Origin: Candidatus Heimdallarchaeota archaeon
GTDB lineage: Archaea > Asgardarchaeota > Heimdallarchaeia > Heimdallarchaeales > Heimdallarchaeaceae
DNA: 64,000 nt
Assembly (NCBI GenBank): GCA_019057375.1
Contig: DXJF01000032.1
Coordinates: 1-64,000 of the forward strand
Direction of reading: 5' to 3'
Position 1 is the stretch's first letter; the number at the start of each line of letters is the position of its first letter. The notes below the pieces were generated by a model. It made no database searches. It was not told the DNA's origin and saw nothing but the letters and a program-made list of their open reading frames with translations. The translations under genes were made by a program, and so were the position numbers. Positions 19,143 through 27,940 of the stretch are shown piece after piece.

Positions 19143-20396
19143 TTAGAATTTATCAGTGTCTTCTCTTGCCCATTCATCAGGATCATATTTAGGGGGCATA
19201 CATCTAAGAGGTTTATCCTCATAGTATCCAAGTTCATATCTAGCCTGAATAATTTTCTGAATTTCATTGGTTCCCTCATATATAGTTGCACCACGAACAT
19301 TTCTGTAATAACGTGCAACAGGATAGTCATCTGAAAAACCATATGCTCCATGAATTTGAATAGCTCTATCAGCACACCTAACAGCTGCATTTGTGGCATA
19401 CCACTTAGCAAGAGAAGTTTCTCTAGTATTTACCTTTCCTAAGTTCTTTGTCCAACCAGCTTTCCAAGTAAATAACTCAGCAGCTTCAATGTCGGAAACA
19501 CTTTCAGCTATCATACCTTGAATGAATTGGTGCTGACCGATTTTTTTACCGAAAGTTTCACGTTCGTTAGCATATTTTACAGCTGCTTCCAACGAAGCTT
19601 TTGCTCCGCCAACTGCACCACCAGCAACAGTATATCGTCCCCAATCAAGTGCAGCCATGGCAACCTTGAAACCTTCCTCAGGCAAACCAAGTAAGTTTTC
19701 TTTTGGAACAGGAGTATTTTCAAAATTAACCCATCCTGTTTCACCAGCTTTTACCCCCATTTTATGATGAAGATTCCCTGATGTAACCCCACCAAAATCA
19801 CGTTCAACAATGAAAGCTCTCATGCCTTTATGCCGAACATCTATTTCATAAGCAAAGACAAGGAAAATATCAGAAGATTCAGTGTAGCTTATCCACATTT
19901 TTTCTCCATTAACAATCCACTCATCACCTTCAAGACGACAAGTAGCTTTCAATCCTGCAGGATCACTTCCAGCAGCTGGTTCAGTTAAACCATATGTGCT
20001 CATCTTCTCCCCTGAGGTTAAGATGGGTAGGTATTGTTTTTTTTGTTCCATATTACCCCATTGCCATATAGTTGAACAGACTAATCCATTGTGAACTGAC
20101 AAAATTACTCTAAATGAGGTGTCGATTCTTTCTAATTCTTCACAAGCTATAGCCAAAGCAATATAATCAAGACCTCCGCCTCCATATTTTACAGGGATAC
20201 TAATACCAAGAAGACCTTGTTCTGCCATCTTTTTTAATATGGGTCTGTAAAAAGTATGTGCTTGATCCCATTCTTTTATGTTAGGAGCAATCTCTGCTTC
20301 TGCAAACTCTCTCACACTTTGTCTTACCATTTTATGAGTTTCAGATAACTCAAAATGAGGACCTATTTCGCTGAATTGTTCGTACATGTTTATCAC
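19143..20396 (-). CDS. Acyl-CoA dehydrogenase
   Basis: YGLTEPAAGSD, NGEKMWIS, RETFGKKIG, QIHGAYG, IYEGTNEIQ. Confidence 0.97.
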   Translation of the reverse strand: MINMYEQFSEIGPHFELSETHKMVRQSVREFAEAEIAPNIKEWDQAHTFYRPILKKMAEQGLLGISIPVKYGGGGLDYIALAIACEELERIDTSFRVILSVHNGLVCSTIWQWGNMEQKKQYLPILTSGEKMSTYGLTEPAAGSDPAGLKATCRLEGDEWIVNGEKMWISYTESSDIFLVFAYEIDVRHKGMRAFIVERDFGGVTSGNLHHKMGVKAGETGWVNFENTPVPKENLLGLPEEGFKVAMAALDWGRYTVAGGAVGGAKASLEAAVKYANERETFGKKIGQHQFIQGMIAESVSDIEAAELFTWKAGWTKNLGKVNTRETSLAKWYATNAAVRCADRAIQIHGAYGFSDDYPVARYYRNVRGATIYEGTNEIQKIIQARYELGYYEDKPLRCMPPKYDPDEWAREDTDKF

Positions 20397-20500
20397 ACTT
20401 TACAATAGTTAACAAAGTAGTGTTTTCTTGTTTCTTTAAAAGTTTCTGAATGAATATGAAGAAAAAAATATAGTTTGCTTTTAATTCTGAAGAATTATCT

Positions 20501-20932
20501 TTAATTGAAAGTTTCTTCAATTAGTGAAACAAAATAATCTTTTGAAAAACTGCTATCTTTTAATTCAACTAGATTCCATTTTCCACTTCTTATTGCATCA
20601 ATTGCACCTACTTCTACTAATGTGCTTATATGATGAGAAACTGTGGATTGTGACAATTTGAGCAAGTGTTCTATTTCACAAGCACATCTAACTCCATTCA
20701 TTATTAGCATGAGAATTAGTAATCTATTTTTATTTGCTAGTGCTTTGAATAACTTAAGCATCTTATTTATTTTTTTATCCTTCATCATTGATGGCACTTG
20801 AACTTCAATTTTCTCTAATTCTTGTATTCTTTTCTTTGCTGCTTCATTCACAATACCTTGTTCGAACAGTTGACCGAGTTTCTGTTCTAGTTCTTTCATT
20901 GCATGTTCGTGTTTATAGCTAGTCATTGTCAA
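20501..20932 (-). CDS. arsR: ArsR/SmtB family transcriptional regulator
   Basis: FKALANKNRLLIL, RCACEI, LSQSTVSHH; divergent from the arsP-like permease. Confidence 0.9.
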   Translation of the reverse strand: MTMTSYKHEHAMKELEQKLGQLFEQGIVNEAAKKRIQELEKIEVQVPSMMKDKKINKMLKLFKALANKNRLLILMLIMNGVRCACEIEHLLKLSQSTVSHHISTLVEVGAIDAIRSGKWNLVELKDSSFSKDYFVSLIEETFN

Positions 20933-21017
20933 ACCACATTATATTTCAAGTGACATAAAAGTTTCTATTAAAACGAAAGTTTATTACAATTCTCGCTGGT
21001 CTAATCAACAAATTTAT

Positions 21018-21037
21018 ATATCGAATTTTTTCGATAT
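21018..21037. promoter_or_regulatory. Putative ArsR operator (8-4-8 palindrome) overlapping the permease TATA box
   Basis: ATATCGAA-TTTT-TTCGATAT; TTTATATA at 21013-21020. Confidence 0.75.
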
Positions 21038-21090
21038 GAGTTAATGGAGGAATTAGCTTAGCATCAGCATTTTGGTTAACAATTCTTTCA

Positions 21091-22437
21091 ATGCTACAGG
21101 GAGGATTGTTTTCTCTTGCTGATTATCTTTCACTTCATGTACTTCTATGTTTAATTCCTGCGTTCTTTATTGCTGGAGCAATGATTGTTTTTGTTCCAAA
21201 GGAGCTTATTGTGAAGTATATGGGAAAAGATTCTAGAAGGATTGTTGCATATCCAGTAGCAGCAATTTCAGGATTATTATTAGCTGTATGTTCATGTACA
21301 GTTTTGCCATTGTTTGCAGGTATTAAAAAGAAGGGAGCGGGTTTAGGCCCAGCAATGACATTTTTGTTCTCTGCGCCTGCAGTGAATATACTAGCTTTAA
21401 CCTATACAGGGACACTTATCGGAATGGACATTGCAATTGCCAGAGCAATTCTAGCCCTTGCTTTTGCAATAATTATTGGTCTTATTATGGAATTTATATT
21501 CAGAGACAAAAAGAAAGAAATGATAGTTGATCTAGAAACAGATGAAGATGATGATACAAATACTCAAACTGAGATTCAAGAGAGAAACAAATTAAATCTC
21601 AATACATTAGCAAGAGTAGCAATAATCATATCCATCTTAATTGTTGGAATACTAATTGCTTTCTTTAACAGAACTAATCTTCAAGCACTAGGGGTCAATA
21701 ATCCACCTTTAATCCAAACTATTATCTGGGGCGTAGGTTTATCTTTACTAATCGCAAGTTTCTTCTTTGTCAAAAATACTAAAATCAATCTTTTTTCTGG
21801 ATTAATCTATTTATTATTCACAGGAACCTCACAAATTAGTTACTTCTCAGTTACTGACCCCAGTAATAGTGTACTACCCGGATCTTTTGAATATTTCAAA
21901 TCTGAAGCATTTAGAATCGATTTAGCAAACATGGGAATTAAGGCTGTTCTTTCAATCATAGTTGGAATCGCGATTGTGGTGTATGTTGTAAAGAGATTTG
22001 ATAAAGAAGATAGTAAAGAATGGATGAGGGAGATTTGGTTTTTCATCAAGAAAATTGTTCCTTATCTCATTATAGGAGTCTTTGTAGCAGGGATGCTCAA
22101 AGAATTAATTCCACCAGAGTTTATTCAGAATCTTGTTGGAAACAACTCAGTAGTTGCAAATCTTATAGGAGTAACTTTTGGTGTAGTTGCATATTTCCCA
22201 ACATTAATGGAAGTACCAATAGCTCAAATGTTTCTAGACCTTGGAATGGCTAGAGGGGTCTTACTTGCTTACTTGTTAGCAGATCCAGAACTGTCTATTC
22301 AGAGTATTTTAGTTACACGCAAATTTATTGGAGATAAGAAAAATTATGTTTACTTACTGCTAGTAATAGTCTTTACAGTTTTAGCAGGATTATTATTTGG
22401 TTTAATTGTTTCGAACGAACCAATAACATTTTTTTAA
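21091..22437 (+). CDS. ArsP/DUF318-family permease
   Basis: HVLLCLIPAFFIAGA, LAVCSCTVLPLFAGI, FLFSAP, YFPTLMEVPI. The true start may lie slightly upstream. Confidence 0.9.
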   Translation: MLQGGLFSLADYLSLHVLLCLIPAFFIAGAMIVFVPKELIVKYMGKDSRRIVAYPVAAISGLLLAVCSCTVLPLFAGIKKKGAGLGPAMTFLFSAPAVNILALTYTGTLIGMDIAIARAILALAFAIIIGLIMEFIFRDKKKEMIVDLETDEDDDTNTQTEIQERNKLNLNTLARVAIIISILIVGILIAFFNRTNLQALGVNNPPLIQTIIWGVGLSLLIASFFFVKNTKINLFSGLIYLLFTGTSQISYFSVTDPSNSVLPGSFEYFKSEAFRIDLANMGIKAVLSIIVGIAIVVYVVKRFDKEDSKEWMREIWFFIKKIVPYLIIGVFVAGMLKELIPPEFIQNLVGNNSVVANLIGVTFGVVAYFPTLMEVPIAQMFLDLGMARGVLLAYLLADPELSIQSILVTRKFIGDKKNYVYLLLVIVFTVLAGLLFGLIVSNEPITFF

Positions 22438-22454
22438 ATATTAGGTGAAAAAAT

Positions 22455-22700
22455 ATGTCAAATATGAAATTAATTCAAGTTGTAGGAAAAGGTTGTAAAA
22501 AGTGCGATAAGCAGTATGAATTAGTTCTTGAAGCAGTAAAAACAGCTGGAAAAGAAAATGAATACAGAGTTGAACATTTTACAGATATAACCAAATTTGC
22601 TGATCTTGACGTTTTCTTGACACCAGCACTAAGAATAGATGGAAAGGTAGTAAGTGAGGGTAGAGTGATAGGCGTAGAGAAAATAAAGAATATGCTTTAA
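22455..22700 (+). CDS. Small thioredoxin-family protein (MTH895-like)
   Basis: IQVVGKGCKKC, TPALRIDGKVVSEG; typical arsP neighbour. Confidence 0.9.
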   Translation: MSNMKLIQVVGKGCKKCDKQYELVLEAVKTAGKENEYRVEHFTDITKFADLDVFLTPALRIDGKVVSEGRVIGVEKIKNML

Positions 22701-22829
22701 GATATATAATAATCAATCAACCCAACTTTTTCAGAATAGGAACTAAATAGTGTTTGCTTCTTTGAAAAGAATTTTAACCTTTCAAATGAAATATATCTTT
22801 GGGGAACTTCGTAAATCATTCAATATAGG

Positions 22830-23501
22830 TTGAAAAACATGGCGGATGAAATTAAACACTATGCTACTGGTTCAGTAATTCCTCTAGGGGATGGGTTCAC
22901 AGGAAAATCAGTATTATCACGTCTAATTATTAATCCTGATGTTTCTGATGAAGAACTAAATGACATACTTCTGAAAACTAAAAAATCCTACAATATTGAA
23001 ATAGAATTTAGTAGTGAGGTCATAGAAGTAGATAGCTTACCAGTCACAACAACCTTGCAATTCTACGTATTTCCAGGTCAAAGGCAAAAAGCTTCTTCTC
23101 GAAGTACAACTTTTAATGAAATTCTATCTGTTTTTGATTGTTTTCCAGCTTTGTTGAGAGTATCTGCATTATTATTAATTTATGATGTATCTCGGTTTAG
23201 CACACTTGAGTCATTAGAGATATGGTTGCGATTTGCAATCGTAAAAGAATGGATTTATGAAGACACTTTAATTTTACTTGTTCCAAATAAAGTAGATCTT
23301 GAAAAACCAAAACAAAAGGATATAGATCAAATAGTCTCAACAATTTATGAATATATAGTAGATCACAATCTACCAATTGATGTTAATCACATCAAAGCTA
23401 TAAATTCCTCTTGTGTAACTCTTGAAGGGATTAATGAGATTAGAGAGGAAGTAGTAGATTGGATAGCTCATCGAGGAATTCGCGGAGTTGGAATAAAGTA
23501 A
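22830..23501 (+). CDS. Divergent Ras/Rab-like small GTPase
   Basis: G1 GDGFTGKS, G3-like VFPGQ, LLIYDVSRFSTLESLEIW, G4 NKVD, G5-like SCV. Confidence 0.8.
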   Translation: MKNMADEIKHYATGSVIPLGDGFTGKSVLSRLIINPDVSDEELNDILLKTKKSYNIEIEFSSEVIEVDSLPVTTTLQFYVFPGQRQKASSRSTTFNEILSVFDCFPALLRVSALLLIYDVSRFSTLESLEIWLRFAIVKEWIYEDTLILLVPNKVDLEKPKQKDIDQIVSTIYEYIVDHNLPIDVNHIKAINSSCVTLEGINEIREEVVDWIAHRGIRGVGIK

Positions 23502-23673
23502 TTTTTAGCTAATTTTTCTCCACTAGAAATATAGGTCATTTCTACTGCCGAGAAGGTGGGAAGTTCTTGTAATGATACCCTTGTTAGAATGTCCCCCTCT
23601 TTGCAAAATAATGAAAATAGATATTTTCGGATTTAGGGGACGATTTAATAAATACTCTTACTGTACATATTTT

Positions 23674-24267
23674 ATGTCTGAAGAAGAAAATATTCCTGAA
23701 ATACCTGGAGTTGATCCTAACACAAACAAAGTTACACCATGCCAAGAGATTATCATAAATGAGATTCCAACTGGTTCAATTATTGATATTGGAGCAGGAG
23801 GTGAAGGAGTTATTGCACAGGTTGGTGGGAAAAGAGTTACTGCAATAGATAAGCGTCAATCTGAAATTGATGAAGCGAAAGATAAAGCTCCTGATGCAAA
23901 TTGGATGGTAGCAGATGCACTGAACTTACCTTTTGAAAATGAGGAGTTTGACAATGCAACTTCCTTTTTCTGCGGTATGTATATGTCCAATGAAGATAAG
24001 AAGAAATCAATTGAAGAGATTTATAGAGTATTATCATCTGGTGGAGAATTTTGGATTTGGGATTCAATATTTGATACAGATAAAGAGAGTTTCATAATTG
24101 TATTAGCAATATCTCTACCTGATAAAGAAAAATTCAGCACTGGTTATGGGGCTTCATTAAAATTTCAAAATGAAGAATTTTACATTGAATATCTTGAAGA
24201 AGCAGGTTTCAGTATAGAAGAAAAAGAAGTGCATAAATACTGGTTTTTTATCAAAGCAAAGAAATAG
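23674..24267 (+). CDS. Class I SAM-dependent methyltransferase
   Basis: IIDIGAGGEG, AIDK, ADALNLPF, EIYRVLSSGG. Confidence 0.9.
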   Translation: MSEEENIPEIPGVDPNTNKVTPCQEIIINEIPTGSIIDIGAGGEGVIAQVGGKRVTAIDKRQSEIDEAKDKAPDANWMVADALNLPFENEEFDNATSFFCGMYMSNEDKKKSIEEIYRVLSSGGEFWIWDSIFDTDKESFIIVLAISLPDKEKFSTGYGASLKFQNEEFYIEYLEEAGFSIEEKEVHKYWFFIKAKK

Positions 24268-24401
24268 ATCACACACTCCTAATAATGTAAATTAGAAATT
24301 AGTTGTGATTTTTTGTTCCTTTTTTAAGTTTTTTTAGAAAAGATTATATGAGCACACAAAGACATATGTGATTACATATTATTGCACAAGGAGATTTGAA
24401 A

Positions 24402-25330
24402 ATGATAATTTCAAAGGGAACAATAGCTTCAATAATTATAATAACAATTGCAGGAATGGCTTTTACAGCAGGTTTTCTCCAAGAAGGGGTTTTATCGGAT
24501 GTAGAGGAAGCAAGTGTTAAAGTTTCAGAAAAAGAATTTGTTTAGCAAGAATGGATTCAGGAATCAGAAAGATAATAGAAGATGATCGCGCAAGACTAAG
24601 GAGTGGATTTGATGAAGTTAGACGAGCTCAAGAAATAGCTCTTGAATTGGAAATAACTAATGATACGCTTACTGATATTGAAAGAAACTTACTCATCAAT
24701 AAGATCAGCAATGCGCTATATAATTATATTTCGTTTGCATATTTCACAGATATAGTAACAATGTACAATCATTGGTATGTAGATGGTAATATTTCCGATT
24801 ATTATTTTGCCACAGAACAAAGAGAAGGCTTCGATTTATTTTACTCAAAGGAGGAATTTGAAACTTTTAATGCCAGTAAACGTATTTTAAGGATACAAAC
24901 AGACGTACAATTTTTTGGACACTTTTCGTTTGCAGAGTATATAATGTCGTTTGGTATCACGCCAACTGAATTCTTAAGACCTAACGTTCATGAAAATTAT
25001 GTGGAATTTCTAAAACAACCGTTATTTGCCCTTCAACAAGAAATAATTGATACAAAAATCGTGATCTCTGAATTAGAGAATAAAGCAGGTCTTCATGGAT
25101 ATGGAGTATCTTTAATCACAATTTCTACAATTTTAGCAGCTGCAATGGCAACACAATTGAATGATAGGGATAGAGAAAGGGAGTTTTCTCAGGTTAAAGC
25201 AAAACTCTTCGATGATAAATCAATGATAGTTACTAAACGGAATAAAATTGCTATGCCATTCTTATTTGTAGCTCTTATATTATCAGCACTTGGTTTATTA
25301 CTACCGATTCTCTTTAGATTAATATTTTAA
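24402..25330 (+). pseudogene. Membrane protein split by an apparent frameshift (N-terminal TM segment 24402-24545, remainder 24551-25330)
   Basis: AAGGAG RBS then MIISKGTIASIIIITIAGMAFTAGFLQEG...KEFV* (TAG 24543-45). The 259-aa ORF is open in another frame across the junction and ends in two hydrophobic helices. Confidence 0.55.
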
Positions 25331-25425
25331 ATCCATTATTTTTCTTTTTTTCCTTTTCATCTAAGAAATTTTCAAATCATACAGTCAAAGAGTATTTTTT
25401 TATACTATGTTTTTTTTCTTTCATT

Positions 25426-26697
25426 ATGTCTTCTTCAGAATATATCACATGTTTCTATTGTTCTGAATATTCAAGAATCGCAAATGATTATCCTATCAAT
25501 TTTGCTTCTAAAGATGTGGATTCTTTTACACCTCGATGCTTCCTCCATTGGGAATATGAATGCGGTAAATGTGGAGAGATGACTCATTTTAATGGGATTT
25601 CTTGGTGTTCCAGTTGTAAAGAGTTTACTTGTTTACGTTGCGTTGAGGAGAAAATGGAGAAAAAAGAATTTCTAATTTATGATTACTTTTACAAAATTCC
25701 TTGTCATAGTTGTGGAAAATACAGTCCAGCTTTAGATTTTGCAGAATATGAGGGAACACATCCTTTTCAAATTGGGGATCTTATCCCAGAAGAAGAGACA
25801 GTAGTTTGGATGCCCATCCATTTAGAAGAATTGAAATTTCAAACATTTCCTCATAAAGCATGGGGATTGAAAAGAATACTTTCACTAGGAAAATATGTGG
25901 AATTTAAGAGACTTGATTCACTTGGTGATTATGACCCAAAGTCTACTTGGGATGCTTTAGCACCATTTTGGGAACCCCTTTTTCATGATGGAGGAGATTA
26001 CCATCACAAATATAAGATTCTTCCAGAAGTATATCGTTTGCTTGATGTTATGAAAGATGAAAAAGTCCTAGATGTAGCATGTGGTGAAGGAAATGTTGCC
26101 AGAAATCTAACAAAACAAGGAGCACAAGTAATAGGTGTTGATATCTCTAAATTGGTTGACTATGCAATCGAGAGAGAAAAAGAAGAAAAGTTAGGCATTA
26201 AATATTTGAAACTAAATGCTGAAAAACTAGCTAGTAAATTTACAGAAGCATCTTTTGATAAAGCCATATGTAATATGGCATTAATGGACATAGAAAATTA
26301 TAAAACAACAATTGAGCAAATTTCATATGTTCTTAAGGAAGATGGAATCTTTGTTTTTAGCATTACACACCCAGCTTTCGCTTGGCCAACATGTACTTCT
26401 TTTCGAGTTCCAAAAGGTAGTCAAAGAAACGAAGATAAACTACGATTAGTACTAGATTATTTTGATGAAAGACCAACGCTTATTGATTATGGAAATGATA
26501 CACCATCTCTTCAATTCCCCAGGACTATAAGTTCTTATCTTAATGAGTTGGTAAAAAACGATTTAATTCTTATGGAGATGTGTGAACCACAAGCTTCAGA
26601 AGAACTTGTTAATAAATTTCCAAGAAATGCTTACATGGATGATGACATATACCCTGATTTTCTGATTATTAAAACTATCAAGAAATCAGAGTTTTAG
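25426..26697 (+). CDS. Fusion of a Cys-rich multi-zinc-finger domain and a class I SAM methyltransferase
   Basis: N-terminal CFYC, PRC..H, CGKC, H, CSSC, CLRC, CHSC; C-terminal VLDVACGEG, IGVDIS, NMALMD, ITHP. Confidence 0.85.
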   Translation: MSSSEYITCFYCSEYSRIANDYPINFASKDVDSFTPRCFLHWEYECGKCGEMTHFNGISWCSSCKEFTCLRCVEEKMEKKEFLIYDYFYKIPCHSCGKYSPALDFAEYEGTHPFQIGDLIPEEETVVWMPIHLEELKFQTFPHKAWGLKRILSLGKYVEFKRLDSLGDYDPKSTWDALAPFWEPLFHDGGDYHHKYKILPEVYRLLDVMKDEKVLDVACGEGNVARNLTKQGAQVIGVDISKLVDYAIEREKEEKLGIKYLKLNAEKLASKFTEASFDKAICNMALMDIENYKTTIEQISYVLKEDGIFVFSITHPAFAWPTCTSFRVPKGSQRNEDKLRLVLDYFDERPTLIDYGNDTPSLQFPRTISSYLNELVKNDLILMEMCEPQASEELVNKFPRNAYMDDDIYPDFLIIKTIKKSEF

Positions 26698-27480
26698 TTT
26701 TAGTATGATGGGACAATGATCTGAACCCATAGCTTCAGAAAGCATACGAGATTCTGTTACTTTGTCTATCAAATCTTCTGACACAAAGAAGTAGTCTATT
26801 CTCCAACCGACATTTCTATCTCTAGCTCCTATATTCCTCACAGACCACCAAGTGTAATGTTCAGGTTCTTTATTGAAATGCCGAAAGCTGTCAATAAACC
26901 CATGAGAAACTAGTTTGTCCATCCATTTACGTTCTTTTGGAAGAAATCCTGAAGTATCTTCATTTGTTTTTGGATGTGTTAAATCAATTTCCTTGTGAGC
27001 TGTGTTAACATCTCCACAGATAATTACTGACTTCCCTTGTTTTTTTAGATTAATCACATGCTCCAAGAATACTTCATAAAAATCCATTTTGAATTTGAGT
27101 CTTTCAGCATTTAATTTGCCATTTGGAAAGTAGACATTAAGCAATACAAAGTCAGAAAATTCTGTTTCAATCAGTCTACCCTCATTATTTAACCTTTCAA
27201 CTGCTAACTTTGTGTTTACGCTTATTGGTTTAACCTTGGAATAAGTTACAACACCACTATATCCTTTTCTTTCAGCTGATGACCAGTTACTTTGATATCC
27301 TTGAGGATTTAGTAACTTACCAGTTAATTGCTCTGGATGTGCTTTAGTCTCCTGAAGACTTAAAAAATCTGGAGAAACCTTGTGTAACCAATCATTAAAT
27401 TTTAGTTTTTCAGAAATTTCTTTCTTGGAAACAGCTCTTATCCCATTCACATTCCATGAAATCAAGGTAAGTTCTTTCAC
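26686..27480 (-). CDS. xth: Exodeoxyribonuclease III / AP endonuclease
   Basis: SWNVNGIRA, LQETK, GYSGV, NVYFPNG, GDVNTAH, GWRIDYF, GSDHCP. Confidence 0.97.
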   Translation of the reverse strand: MKELTLISWNVNGIRAVSKKEISEKLKFNDWLHKVSPDFLSLQETKAHPEQLTGKLLNPQGYQSNWSSAERKGYSGVVTYSKVKPISVNTKLAVERLNNEGRLIETEFSDFVLLNVYFPNGKLNAERLKFKMDFYEVFLEHVINLKKQGKSVIICGDVNTAHKEIDLTHPKTNEDTSGFLPKERKWMDKLVSHGFIDSFRHFNKEPEHYTWWSVRNIGARDRNVGWRIDYFFVSEDLIDKVTESRMLSEAMGSDHCPIILKLKL

Positions 27481-27704
27481 AAGTTGGTTTCATTATTTGC
27501 GTCTTAAAGTTTGTGTGCTGGCCATTTTTTGAGCTTTAACCATTCAGCTAAAGCCTTGCACCTCTCCCTTAACATCTTTAAGGAATAAACTAAATTATAG
27601 TCTAATCCAGTTACGTTATTTGACCAAATAGTTTAACCATTAATCGAATTAATTAAAAAAATCCTTTAATAAAGGGGTGATTATGTAATATTAGGTGCAA
27701 AAAA

Positions 27705-27827
27705 ATGGCAATGAAAATCAAAACTGGAAAAACAAAAAATCAGAAAATCAACCAAAGGTTAGAAAATGAATATAGTAGAATAAATCAACTAACTTTAGCT
27801 GCAAAAAATGGTGTATTTAACTACTAA
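27705..27827 (+). CDS. Unannotated 40-aa basic small protein
   Basis: AGGTG RBS and upstream TTTAATAAA box; MAMKIKTGKTKNQKINQRLENEYSRINQLTLAAKNGVFNY*. Confidence 0.5.
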   Translation: MAMKIKTGKTKNQKINQRLENEYSRINQLTLAAKNGVFNY

Positions 27828-27940
27828 CCTTTCTTTTCTTCTTCTATTAAAGAAAGAACTTTTTCTTCAATTAACTCTCTAACTTTTCTACTTTCATTAA
27901 CTGATTTGTCTTTACGATTATCTAAATACCAATTTTCAAT
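27824..27940 (-). pseudogene. C-terminal remnant of an ArsC/LMW-PTP-family protein
   Basis: Start-less frame IENWYLDNRKDKSVNESRKVRELIEEKVLSLIEEEKKG* resembles the arsenate reductase end (iEDW.l.DP.gks.ee.R.iRd.Ie..V..L). Confidence 0.6.

Noticed and set aside
23502-23673. Possible coding remnant between the GTPase and the methyltransferase
   Set aside because: Open frames exist on both strands, but none gave a recognisable motif.
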